DNA from: a virus
Lineage: Duplodnaviria; Caudoviricetes
Length of the DNA: 64,000 nt
Direction: 5' to 3' (one strand)
IMG/VR virus record: IMGVR_UViG_3300030330_003867
Span: 732-64,731 of that record
The notes beneath the pieces were generated by a model that worked only from the letters and a program-made list of their open reading frames with translations, did not search any database and was not told where the DNA came from. Numbering within the stretch: position 1 is the stretch's first letter; every line of letters begins with the position of its first letter. Below, piece by piece: positions 18,994 to 27,023 of the stretch. The translations under genes and the position numbers were made by a program.

Positions 18994-19024
18994 GGGGGGC
19001 AGGGATGAAGCGACCCTACCCCCC
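18994..19024 (-). terminator. Stem-loop after the 129-aa gene
   Basis: Minus strand GGGGGGTAGGG/TCGCTTCAT/CCCTGCCCCCC with a U.G wobble. Confidence 0.7.
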
Positions 19025-19038
19025 ATTAAGTTACATAA

Positions 19039-19428
19039 TCAGAACAGGTTAGAATTCACTATTACCTCAAGGTCTGTGCAACCTTGATGAGAGCCTGTGA
19101 TTTCTTCGCCAGCATATAGGTGCGTGGCCGGAATCTCATAGTTACCTAATGCGTGGTGGTGGATTTGGAATCCTTCGATTGCGTTTTGTATATCTGCGAT
19201 GTCTTCATCCGCCATCCTCATTGTTACATAATCTGTTCGTGTCCTGCCCGAAGGTGTTAACTTCTCAATCCACATTTCCATGAAGTGTTTTCCATCGGGG
19301 CTCATTACCAGCCGCCATGATGCGCGGTTCGTGTCTGTTGAATCCACCCCCGCCCTGTGTGCTTCGTTATCTCTTGAGGCACTTGCGCCCCTTGTAGTGA
19401 TTCGGAAGGTCATTTCAATACAACTCAC
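19039..19428 (-). CDS. Hypothetical protein (possible PC4-like ssDNA-binding fold)
   Basis: Beta-beta-beta-alpha pattern RLVMSPDGKHFMEMWIEK...DEDIADIQNAI; the fold call is weak. Confidence 0.45.
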   Translation of the reverse strand: MSCIEMTFRITTRGASASRDNEAHRAGVDSTDTNRASWRLVMSPDGKHFMEMWIEKLTPSGRTRTDYVTMRMADEDIADIQNAIEGFQIHHHALGNYEIPATHLYAGEEITGSHQGCTDLEVIVNSNLF

Positions 19429-19624
19429 AATTCATGTTTACATCTTCTGAGATGTGGGCTATGACTACCGCCTCAATATCGGGGTCATCTTGTAGGTCTG
19501 TGGACCATGCTGACTCCGGCTGAGTCCTTCGCATATTAGGGCCAATCATCTTAACGATGATTAGCGCGTTAATGAGCGATTGCTTTCGTTCTTCGTGCTT
19601 CTTTTCTCCTGCCTCGTTGGACAT
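19415..19624 (-). CDS. Hypothetical 69-aa protein (true start MSNEAG...)
   Basis: The longer track ORF (to 19777) only adds repeat-derived YVT motifs; a TATA-like site lies about 28 nt before 19624. Confidence 0.55.
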   Translation of the reverse strand: MSNEAGEKKHEERKQSLINALIIVKMIGPNMRRTQPESAWSTDLQDDPDIEAVVIAHISEDVNMNCELY

Positions 19625-20493
19625 ATTGAAGGCTAACAGGCCCTCGCTTAAGAACCTGCCTGTTACATAATATGTTACATAATTTCTATGATTTAGCGAA
19701 GTTACATAATATTTTAGTGGAATCGAGAATGTTACATAATTTTTTGCGAGTCCGGCCCGCTTCTGAGAGGAAGTCATAGTATATAATATGCACGATTGAG
19801 CAATCTCGATTTAGAGTTACATAATGCGCCAAAATAAAGTTACATAATTTCGGGGTGTTTTTCGTGGTTTAGGGCGACCTAAACACCACACAAAACCGCT
19901 ATACTGCGAGCCTGTTCACCACAATTCAGCCAATTTTCGGATTTCTATTATGTAACTAATGAAACTCGTTATCGTTATACCCCCTAATCGAGACATAGCC
20001 ATTTCGTTAGTTACATAATAGCCAAAAACCTCAAAAAAAGGACCTAAAACCCCAATAGTATTATGTAACTTTTTTTTCGGGCATTATGTAACTCATTGTA
20101 ACATCCAATCCAATATTATGTAACCCTATCAAAAAATTATGTAACCATATTATGTAACAAAAAAAATCCGCGCGCGTGTGTGTGTGGGCGGCGTTACATA
20201 ATAAAAGTTACATAAGAAAAAAGTTACATAAAAAAGGTTACATAATAAGGCAGATAAAATTAGTTACATAAAAAAACGTTACATAATTCACGATTATAGT
20301 TACATTTAGTTACATAAAAAAAGGGTGCAGAAAAAAAGAAGGTTACATAATTTTTTAAATCAGAAAAAAAAGTTACATAAACTTTTGAATTAAACTAAAG
20401 TTACATAATGCGTAAAAAAGTTACATAATAATGTTACATAACAGGAGAATTGCACTAAGATACTATTATATACTATGAAAAAAATGGTATATT

Positions 20494-20844
20494 ATGGACA
20501 GACACACACCCACCCGCGAACAAAAAATAAACAGCCTATTTGGTTTGAAAGATTCAAAACCGACCTGTATAGAAGAAGGATTTGAAACCATCATTGATGG
20601 ACATATCATGTCCGAATCAGACCTACGCCTAATCAGAAGGGCCTTGATTCATTACTACACCCGAATTGATATTCAGACAGCCACACAGAAGGCCGAAGAA
20701 AAAAGGCGGGTTGCATATTTAGGCCAAACAATCGGCGCGCACCTTGACCTCAACGAATATTTCCGATGCAAGAACACGATGACTGAAGAAGAAATGGAAG
20801 AACATTACAGGAGAAAAAACAATGCCTCAGAAGAAAAAAATTAG
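20494..20844 (+). CDS. Hypothetical early protein
   Basis: TTATATAC at 20466, exactly 28 nt before the ATG (leaderless). Confidence 0.65.
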   Translation: MDRHTPTREQKINSLFGLKDSKPTCIEEGFETIIDGHIMSESDLRLIRRALIHYYTRIDIQTATQKAEEKRRVAYLGQTIGAHLDLNEYFRCKNTMTEEEMEEHYRRKNNASEEKN

Positions 20845-21346
20845 GATTAGATATTTTACCTGCCGCCGATGCGGTAAAGAATTTGAGCAGAATCTCAAGG
20901 GTCGCCCGCGCGTCATGTGTGAGCCATGCAAAAAATTGCCCGCTAAAAATCCTCGACACGGTATCAAGAGAAAAAACGGTCAGCACATGGGCGGTCGCGG
21001 TAAAGTAAAACTGCGCGCCTGTGGTTGTCCTTCTCGCAAGCACCGCCCATCGTGTCCGAAGTCAAGGTCATTCACCCCACCAAAAGAAGACGACATCAAC
21101 GAGCGTATCGCGTGGGTCAATAAAAATAAGGCCGAGAAAAGAGAAGCCGCCCGACTCAAGCGAGCGGCAAAAATCGCCGCGCAGATGCGCGACTACACGC
21201 GCACGATGCAACCAACAAACGGGCTTGATATTCCCGTCTATCTTTCCTGCTCATCATGTAATGCTCGCGCACCTGTGCGCGACTTCGTGATGTGGAACGC
21301 CGCCGAGAAAGTCGGCATCTGTAAAAACTGCAAGGAGAAAAAATAA
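20822..21346 (+). CDS. Basic multi-Zn-finger protein
   Basis: CRRC...CEPC, CGC...HRPSC and CSSC...CKNC motifs; K/R-rich. Confidence 0.65.
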   Translation: MPQKKKIRIRYFTCRRCGKEFEQNLKGRPRVMCEPCKKLPAKNPRHGIKRKNGQHMGGRGKVKLRACGCPSRKHRPSCPKSRSFTPPKEDDINERIAWVNKNKAEKREAARLKRAAKIAAQMRDYTRTMQPTNGLDIPVYLSCSSCNARAPVRDFVMWNAAEKVGICKNCKEKK

Positions 21347-21558
21347 TGACTAAAAATATTGAGTATTGGAAAAAGCCCTGTCCTAAATGTAAAGAAATCC
21401 GTATTTTACAAACCGGATTTATCCGAGAGGAATTTATTTGCTGTGAATGTAAAATCATTTTCAGTTATCACCCGTATGATGAAGACAACAAAAGACAGGT
21501 CATAGAATGGCGAAAAATCAAGGGTTATGATTTGGGAAAAAAAGTAATGTGGAATTGA
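21346..21558 (+). CDS. Small Zn-ribbon protein
   Basis: CPKC...CCEC; AAGGAG ribosome-binding site. Confidence 0.6.
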   Translation: MTKNIEYWKKPCPKCKEIRILQTGFIREEFICCECKIIFSYHPYDEDNKRQVIEWRKIKGYDLGKKVMWN

Positions 21559-21663
21559 AAAAGGAGAGAAAAAATAATGACTAAAAAATTATTTGAAATA
21601 GACATACCGACAGAAAAAATGTGGGCGCGATTTGAGCGCAGATTGAAGGAAATGTGTGAAGAA

Positions 21664-21700
21664 ATAGTGGGGGAGTAAATCTCCCCCCTATTTTTTTTTT
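21664..21700 (+). terminator. Stem-loop plus T-tract
   Basis: ATAG(T)GGGGGAG/TAAAT/CTCCCCCCTAT followed by about 10 T. Confidence 0.75.
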
Positions 21701-21841
21701 GCGATTCATATTATGTAACTTAACATTATGTAACTTCGTGCGCTCGCGCCCGCGCCCGCGAGCGTTACATAAAAAAATAGGGCTGAAAAAAAATATAAAG
21801 TTACATAATAAATCCGTAGCACAGATAAGAAGTTACATAAT

Positions 21842-21880
21842 AACTCACGATAAAAAAAATTAAATACTATCACTATATAC
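21842..21880 (+). promoter_or_regulatory. Early promoter: AACTCACGAT-N8-TATA
   Basis: AACTCACGAT AAAAAAAA TTAAATAC, with a second CTATATAC 29 nt before the ATG at 21902. Confidence 0.7.
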
Positions 21881-21901
21881 TTCATATCGAGGTGAAAAAT
21901 C

Positions 21902-22174
21902 ATGGTATCTGTAAGAGCAATAGCAAATAATCAATTTATTATTTCGGCGGATGATAGGAAAGTGTTTCAGTCCTATAACTCCAAAGTCGCAGAAAAAAAA
22001 GACGGGCAAATTTATTTGATTGAGCCATATTGGAATATGTATAGCGCAACCACAAATAAATACTTGTTGAAATTTTTGGGCGAATCGAGTATCAAAGATG
22101 TTCGGGCTAAAGTCGAATCGGGCGAATACAAAGTGCTAACCAAAAAGCATCTGTATCATCCGAGCAACCGTTGA
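21902..22174 (+). CDS. Small conserved phage-type protein (VFQSYNSKVA motif)
   Basis: GAGGTGA ribosome-binding site; FQSY.S..A...YS.TT.KYL..FL pattern. Confidence 0.6.
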   Translation: MVSVRAIANNQFIISADDRKVFQSYNSKVAEKKDGQIYLIEPYWNMYSATTNKYLLKFLGESSIKDVRAKVESGEYKVLTKKHLYHPSNR

Positions 22175-22213
22175 GTAAAAAAAACAACGGCTGAAAAAAT
22201 CTGAGTAACGTAA

Positions 22214-22256
22214 GCCGACTCGTTCCCTTCGGGGGGCGGGTCGGTGAATTTTTTTT
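22214..22256 (+). terminator. 14-bp stem with UUCG tetraloop plus T-tract
   Basis: GCCGACTCGTTCCC/TTCG/GGGGGCGGGTCGGT (four G.U pairs), then a T run. Confidence 0.8.
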
Positions 22257-22280
22257 GCAGAAAAAAAGAAGTTACATAAT

Positions 22281-22310
22281 AACTCACGATAAAAAAACTT
22301 ATATACTATT
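22281..22310 (+). promoter_or_regulatory. Early promoter: AACTCACGAT-N8-TTATATAC
   Basis: Exact match, directly preceded by a GTTACATAA copy. Confidence 0.8.
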
Positions 22311-22426
22311 AATTATTAGTATATATTGTGGGAGAACTGAAAAATCTCCCGACCAACCTATTGAGCCTTTGAAGTCAAGGGCGATGATAGCGGTTGAGTG
22401 TTTGAAAAAAAACGAGGTGAAAAAAT

Positions 22427-23446
22427 TTGGATTATTTTAGACAAAGAATCGGTAATACGATTCCTGCTCACATACTAATGGGGGAGGAAGCCGTTGGCCG
22501 AACAAATGAAGAAGTAATGAAGAACGCAGGTTTGGACTTTACCGTTGAGAAGCGGCGAATCCCACACCCAGACACAGGGGAATTGCTACCCGAAAGGTAT
22601 AGCGTAAATTTCCGGTCCGACACAGGGCAACCGTTAGGTGCGGTTGGTAAAAATTATACCAACCTTCAACCAACAGAAATGTTTTCGGTTGCTGATGGAT
22701 TAGTCGGCGCAGGTCAAGCGGAGTGGGAAAGAGTCGGGCAAACAGATAACGGCGCGAGAATTTTCGCGCAGTTAGCACTACCCGAACATATCACCATTGG
22801 TGATAACGACCGTTCCAACGCTAAAATCTATCTATCGAATGCCTATGATGGTTCGCAAGCCTTTAGAGTCCTTCCGACTCTTGAGCGTCTGTTTTGTAGT
22901 AATCAGACCAGCGCGGTCCTTCACAACATGAAGGAAATGGGAATCAAACCATCTGATTTAGTTATTCGTCATTCGTCAAGAATGCACGACAAAATCAAGC
23001 ACCTTAGCAGGGCTTTGAAATTGACTAACACCCTAAATCAGCGTTGGGCCGAGCAAGCCAACGGTTTGCTTGAAGTCCACATGGACATGGATGATAGGAT
23101 TAAGTTCTATATAGACACAGGTTATCTCGGAAAGGTTGATGCGGAACGCACTAAAAAAGATACGACTAATATTTATGGTCTATCAGCACAGGGCAACCGT
23201 AAACTTGACGAATTGCTTGAGTTAGAAACTGCACCAACGAACACCACAGGCGGAATGAGCGACACTGCATGGGCGGCGTATAACACGCTGACCGAACACG
23301 TAACGCATCATTCATTCCAAAAGGCTAACGCCGTCTTTGGTTCCGAAGGAAGCATCAAACAAAAGACCGCAGAAAACGCGGTCTTTGGTGCTGGCGACAA
23401 GATGATGACTAAGGCTTGGGGCAGACTCGTTGATGCACACCTATAA
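22427..23446 (+). CDS. DUF932-family protein (phage/plasmid-like)
   Basis: AGLDFTVEK, VGKNYTNLQ, GQTDNGARIF, LSNAYDGS, RLFCSNQ and AWAAYNTLTE motifs; TTG start after GAGGTGA. Confidence 0.85.
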   Translation: MDYFRQRIGNTIPAHILMGEEAVGRTNEEVMKNAGLDFTVEKRRIPHPDTGELLPERYSVNFRSDTGQPLGAVGKNYTNLQPTEMFSVADGLVGAGQAEWERVGQTDNGARIFAQLALPEHITIGDNDRSNAKIYLSNAYDGSQAFRVLPTLERLFCSNQTSAVLHNMKEMGIKPSDLVIRHSSRMHDKIKHLSRALKLTNTLNQRWAEQANGLLEVHMDMDDRIKFYIDTGYLGKVDAERTKKDTTNIYGLSAQGNRKLDELLELETAPTNTTGGMSDTAWAAYNTLTEHVTHHSFQKANAVFGSEGSIKQKTAENAVFGAGDKMMTKAWGRLVDAHL

Positions 23447-23449
23447 TCT

Positions 23450-23870
23450 TCATGCTATCTTTATAGCGGCAACCGGATGAGCGACCGTGAATCTCACAGG
23501 TCGTAAAAATATAACCCCAATAAAAAACGGGGTATGCTTTGAGAATCAGCCAATCGTGAGCCATAGCGACAGTCGAGCAGACTCGCCCACCCTGCCTTCG
23601 GGTAATTTGGGCTTGAGTCGCCTTCATAGATTCGCGGCTACGAATAAATGATACTCCGCTTCGGGGGGTGCGACAACCCCCCGCCCTCTTTTTTTCAAAC
23701 ACTATTTTTTTATTATCACATTCACCCTTCAAAAAAAACAGGCATGGTTTTTCCGTGAACCTGCCCGAAGACTCTTGGTGGTGCTTGAGTCGTTCTCGCG
23801 TGGCGTTAAATTCTGAAAGACCACGCGGGCGGGCGCACGATAGAAAAAATCGTGCCTAAAAAAAGGGCTG
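23450..23870 (+). ncRNA. Putative structured non-coding RNA region
   Basis: Gene-free stretch with at least 7 stem-loops (one with a UUCG loop) and a hairpin-T terminator at 23663-23695. Confidence 0.4.
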
Positions 23871-23900
23871 AAAAAAACAAAAAAACAAGGAGAAAAAATA

Positions 23901-24122
23901 ATGAGTAAAAAAATATGCAAATGCGGAGAAGAAATGAAACAAAACATCATAACGAATTACACGGTTATTTACTGTGAAGCGATTTACAAAGACGCAAAAG
24001 AATGCTTTGAAAAAAATGACTGTTGGGCTTGTGGTGATTATTACAATTTAGGTAGTAGCGATTGTTGCGCTGATGTGCGAGCGCGACACACGCGGGGCGA
24101 AGCAACCGGACCGAGATGGTGA
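23901..24122 (+). CDS. Small Cys-rich protein
   Basis: AAGGAG ribosome-binding site; CKC, CWAC and CC motifs. Confidence 0.55.
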   Translation: MSKKICKCGEEMKQNIITNYTVIYCEAIYKDAKECFEKNDCWACGDYYNLGSSDCCADVRARHTRGEATGPRW

Positions 24123-24382
24123 AAAAAATGCTGACTAAAAAAATAGACTTAACTGAATTTTGGAACTTGCTAAAGATAGCCGACCGGATTAGTGAGGGTG
24201 ATTGGATTGCTGCAATATCATGCGGTGGGCTTGGTCGCTCATGTGGTTATCTTCGTGATAGCCGAATGTATCTTGATGAAGACGACCTACCGCCGCTTTA
24301 TGGTGATGATATGTATGCTGACGCTTTCGACAACGGATTCAACCAACGCGCATACAATGAGCGCGGTTGGTTCAGAATGTAA
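24116..24382 (+). CDS. Hypothetical protein
   Basis: Overlaps the upstream stop; plus-strand operon. Confidence 0.5.
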   Translation: MVKKMLTKKIDLTEFWNLLKIADRISEGDWIAAISCGGLGRSCGYLRDSRMYLDEDDLPPLYGDDMYADAFDNGFNQRAYNERGWFRM

Positions 24383-24410
24383 AACTCACGATAAAAAAGA
24401 CTATAAACTA
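24383..24410 (+). promoter_or_regulatory. Early promoter: AACTCACGAT-N8-CTATAAAC
   Basis: TATA lies 29 nt before the ATG at 24430. Confidence 0.8.
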
Positions 24411-24429
24411 TGAACGGAGAGAATATATT

Positions 24430-24642
24430 ATGACTAAAAAAGAATCATACAACGAAGAATGGATTGAATACTACCAATACCTTGAGGAATTGAGGGCATC
24501 CGGCGAAACTAATATGTTTGGTGCAACACCTTATCTCCAAAGGGATTTCGACCTTGAAAAAGACGAAGCCCGCGAAGTGCTATCTTCATGGATGGAGAAT
24601 TACTCTCGTTTGGTATATCATGGAATAATAAATAGGAAGTAA
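24430..24642 (+). CDS. Small phage protein (LRASGETNMFGA motif)
   Basis: Motif familiar from small phage proteins; leaderless start at 24430. Confidence 0.65.
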   Translation: MTKKESYNEEWIEYYQYLEELRASGETNMFGATPYLQRDFDLEKDEAREVLSSWMENYSRLVYHGIINRK

Positions 24643-24664
24643 AAAAAAACGGAGAGTAAAAATT

Positions 24665-24982
24665 ATGAATAGAAAAGATTGGAGAAATTTGACGAATGAA
24701 TTACTTGCTGATTATCAAAGCCGTTCTTTTGAACAAATGCAAGAGATAGAAACGGTGGTAAGAAATTTAATGCCGCGAGAAACGCACCCTTCGCCTGTCG
24801 GCCTATTGATTGCTGAAATCAAGCGATTGAGAACTGAAATCAAGCGATTGAGAAAAGATGAGGATTTGCTTTTTGATGCTTACACACAGATGAGAAAAGA
24901 AAGGGATTCACTTTTGGATAAAATGAGAAACGATTTAATCGCCCAAGCACTACTTGATAGTAGCAAAAGAAATGGAGAGTAA
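24665..24982 (+). CDS. Coiled-coil hypothetical protein
   Basis: Internal repeat EIKRLRTEIKRLRK; GGAG ribosome-binding site. Confidence 0.55.
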   Translation: MNRKDWRNLTNELLADYQSRSFEQMQEIETVVRNLMPRETHPSPVGLLIAEIKRLRTEIKRLRKDEDLLFDAYTQMRKERDSLLDKMRNDLIAQALLDSSKRNGE

Positions 24983-25118
24983 AAATTATGAATCAGACTA
25001 AGATATTTTACACAGACATGACGAAAAAAACAGACGCTAAAAATTGTAAGACGCACCACCCAAAAATAAGCGGTGAAAATTATTGTCGGATATGCAAAAA
25101 AAGTAGGAGTGAGGAAGA

Positions 25119-25418
25119 ATGAATATGTTAATAGGAAAAATAAAGACAGTAAAAATAAATTGTAATGAGATGGGTCAATTTCTAAATATACAGATTGAGG
25201 GTACATTTTTTGATGGCCCATTCAACGATACAGAAATACATGAGTATGATATTGACGAAACCAAAAATATTCAACATCAGATAAGAAAAGCAATCCACGA
25301 TTGTAGACAAATGGTTCTCAAAAGAATGAGTCCAAAATATGAGATGAAGCCCTATGATGGATATAGAACCGTTGAGCGGTCGGCCTTATGGTGTTCGATG
25401 AAATGGGGAATAAAATAA
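25119..25418 (+). CDS. Hypothetical protein
   Basis: GGAGTGAGG ribosome-binding site. Confidence 0.55.
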   Translation: MNMLIGKIKTVKINCNEMGQFLNIQIEGTFFDGPFNDTEIHEYDIDETKNIQHQIRKAIHDCRQMVLKRMSPKYEMKPYDGYRTVERSALWCSMKWGIK

Positions 25419-25446
25419 AACTCACGATAAAAAAAGTTATATAGTA
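25419..25446 (+). promoter_or_regulatory. Early promoter: AACTCACGAT-N8-TTATATAG
   Basis: TATA lies 28 nt before the ATG at 25465. Confidence 0.8.
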
Positions 25447-25464
25447 TTACTACGAGGAATAAAC

Positions 25465-25581
25465 ATGGCTAAGACCTATAAGAAAGAAGACCTGCCCGCG
25501 ACTGACCTAAACGAATGGGGCTACCCTAACGATGACTATATGCACATCGGCAACGGCCTATTCAAAAAGAGGGGTGATTGA
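25465..25581 (+). CDS. 38-aa microprotein, not in the ORF track
   Basis: MAKTYKKEDLPATDLNEWGYPNDDYMHIGNGLFKKRGD; leaderless start at the expected promoter distance. Confidence 0.55.
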   Translation: MAKTYKKEDLPATDLNEWGYPNDDYMHIGNGLFKKRGD

Positions 25582-25905
25582 TTGTCCACCCGATGTAATG
25601 TTATCGTTGAAGATAAAAAATTCGGTAATAGGATATTCATGTATCGTCATTGTGATGGCTACCCCGAATCCGTATTACCTGCGCTTGAGCCTATCATTAG
25701 TGAAATAAAACGCCACCCAAATTACAATGCTCTTTGTTCTTATATTGCAGAAAAAATAGAGAGTATAGAAGAAACCTATTTCATTATGGGTAATCAAAAA
25801 TCATACAAACCATTTCAATATACAACAGATATTCACGGCGACATTGAATGGTTATACACATTGAATGTTCATAACGGCGAATTAGAATACGAAAAGGTTA
25901 GGTGA
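25582..25905 (+). CDS. Conserved phage protein (MSTR...YRHCDGYP motif)
   Basis: H.DGYP motif; TTG start after GGTGA. Confidence 0.65.
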   Translation: MSTRCNVIVEDKKFGNRIFMYRHCDGYPESVLPALEPIISEIKRHPNYNALCSYIAEKIESIEETYFIMGNQKSYKPFQYTTDIHGDIEWLYTLNVHNGELEYEKVR

Positions 25906-25909
25906 AAAA

Positions 25910-26203
25910 ATGGAGAGTATAATTTGTGAAAAATGCGGAGAAGAAACGGATGTTTCCGAAGAAGGCGAACAATTGATAATGGTTGTTTGTTCCTGTGGGA
26001 ATAGAATCAAAGGGCCGAAATACCCTAAATTCAGCAGATTCCAACCACACAAAGCGGAATTAAATGCCTATGAAATAAAAATGCTTTTGGCTTTAGACCG
26101 CATACTACCTAAAGATGTATCAGAATTTATGGAGATAGAATATGAGGGTGAATACGGCGATTTCATCAGAAAATTATCGAGAGGATATAGGGGCTACGAT
26201 TAA
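25910..26203 (+). CDS. Zn-ribbon hypothetical protein
   Basis: CEKC...CSC; AGGTGA ribosome-binding site. Confidence 0.55.
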   Translation: MESIICEKCGEETDVSEEGEQLIMVVCSCGNRIKGPKYPKFSRFQPHKAELNAYEIKMLLALDRILPKDVSEFMEIEYEGEYGDFIRKLSRGYRGYD

Positions 26204-26214
26204 AAAAATAAGGA

Positions 26215-26523
26215 GTGAAAAAAATGAGTGAAGTAAAAGCAACACAAGTAAAAACATGGTTAAAGAAAAAAGGAATTGAAGCGAAGTATGCGCGAAGCAT
26301 TACGGGAAAAAGAAGCGGTAAAAAAGTCGTTCATTGGATTGAGGTTCGTAGCGGCTCTTTAGACGGTATTTTCCCGACCGATATGAGAAAGCGAATGCTG
26401 AAAATTATTTACGGAGAAGATTTTGAATCCACGAATGATAGGTGGGTAGGTGGTAATGTGCAACCGCACATGGTCGCCCTGCGACCCCGCGAGTGGGAAG
26501 AAATAATGGGTGATGCTGAATGA
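26215..26523 (+). CDS. Hypothetical basic protein
   Basis: Probable start MSEVK at 26224 after GGAGTG. Confidence 0.55.
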   Translation: MKKMSEVKATQVKTWLKKKGIEAKYARSITGKRSGKKVVHWIEVRSGSLDGIFPTDMRKRMLKIIYGEDFESTNDRWVGGNVQPHMVALRPREWEEIMGDAE

Positions 26524-26864
26524 GAAAGTATAGCCCACCACCGGATTTCAAGAGGCACGATTACTGCGAATGTGATGAAGGCACATTGTATGTGTCGCAC
26601 CAATATTTCCTACCGTTATATGTTTGTTCAACCTGCGGCTTTGCAGGACACGAACCTAATGTGAGAACCATAGATGCGGATATGGGCGACTACCCCGAAA
26701 GAGAAGCACACCTAACGCTTATCGAGCGTATGTATTCGTGGATAGGTGTTGCCGCACCGAAGGCACAAAGAGTGTCGGGTCAAGCCAACGAATATTTACA
26801 GGTTATGAAAGATTCAGCGTTGGTGCTTCGCAATTGGAGAGCGGAAAAGGAAAGAGAAGAATAG
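26520..26864 (+). CDS. Zn-ribbon hypothetical protein
   Basis: CEC...CSTC motif. Confidence 0.55.
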   Translation: MRKYSPPPDFKRHDYCECDEGTLYVSHQYFLPLYVCSTCGFAGHEPNVRTIDADMGDYPEREAHLTLIERMYSWIGVAAPKAQRVSGQANEYLQVMKDSALVLRNWRAEKEREE

Positions 26865-27023
26865 ACACGGTTATATACCGGAGTTATTAGCATTAATTTG
26901 TAGGGGGTAAGGCGAGGTTATCGAATGCAAGGTGATAGCCCACAAAACCTAAACCATGTTCGCTTCGGCGTATAAAAGCAGGATAAGCCGCCCACTACAC
27001 CAAAAAAACAAGGAGAAAAAAAT

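Larger units (their letters stand above)
18715..22279. repeat. Array of ~39 exact 9-mers GTTACATAA/TTATGTAAC (about 31 forward, 8 reverse)
   Basis: Manual count. Clusters at 18715-19038, 19662-19847, 19948-20158 (mostly reverse), 20193-20441 and 21711-21840; single copies at 19223 and 22271. Confidence 0.95.

Noticed and set aside
19625-19777. N-terminal extension of ORF 19415-19777 with YVT repeats
   Set aside because: YVT is simply TTATGTAAC read in frame; the better start is 19624.
21706-21903. Minus-strand ORF over the second repeat centre, and ORFs 23409-23950 over the structured region
   Set aside because: Low-complexity translations of regulatory DNA, with no ribosome-binding site or promoter support.
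18715-22279. CRISPR or mini-CRISPR array
   Set aside because: The repeat is only 9 bp, spacing is irregular, spacers are low-complexity and orientations are mixed. The Cas4-like gene is a solo replication-module nuclease.
23472-23510. Hammerhead-like core (CGGATGA-stem-AAAA)
   Set aside because: It has two mismatches to the conserved CUGANGA/GAAA core, and I could not find stems I and III.
23560-23625. SRP RNA helix-8-like motif (GAGCAG)
   Set aside because: It lacks the GNRA-capped helix and symmetric loop; the resemblance is superficial.
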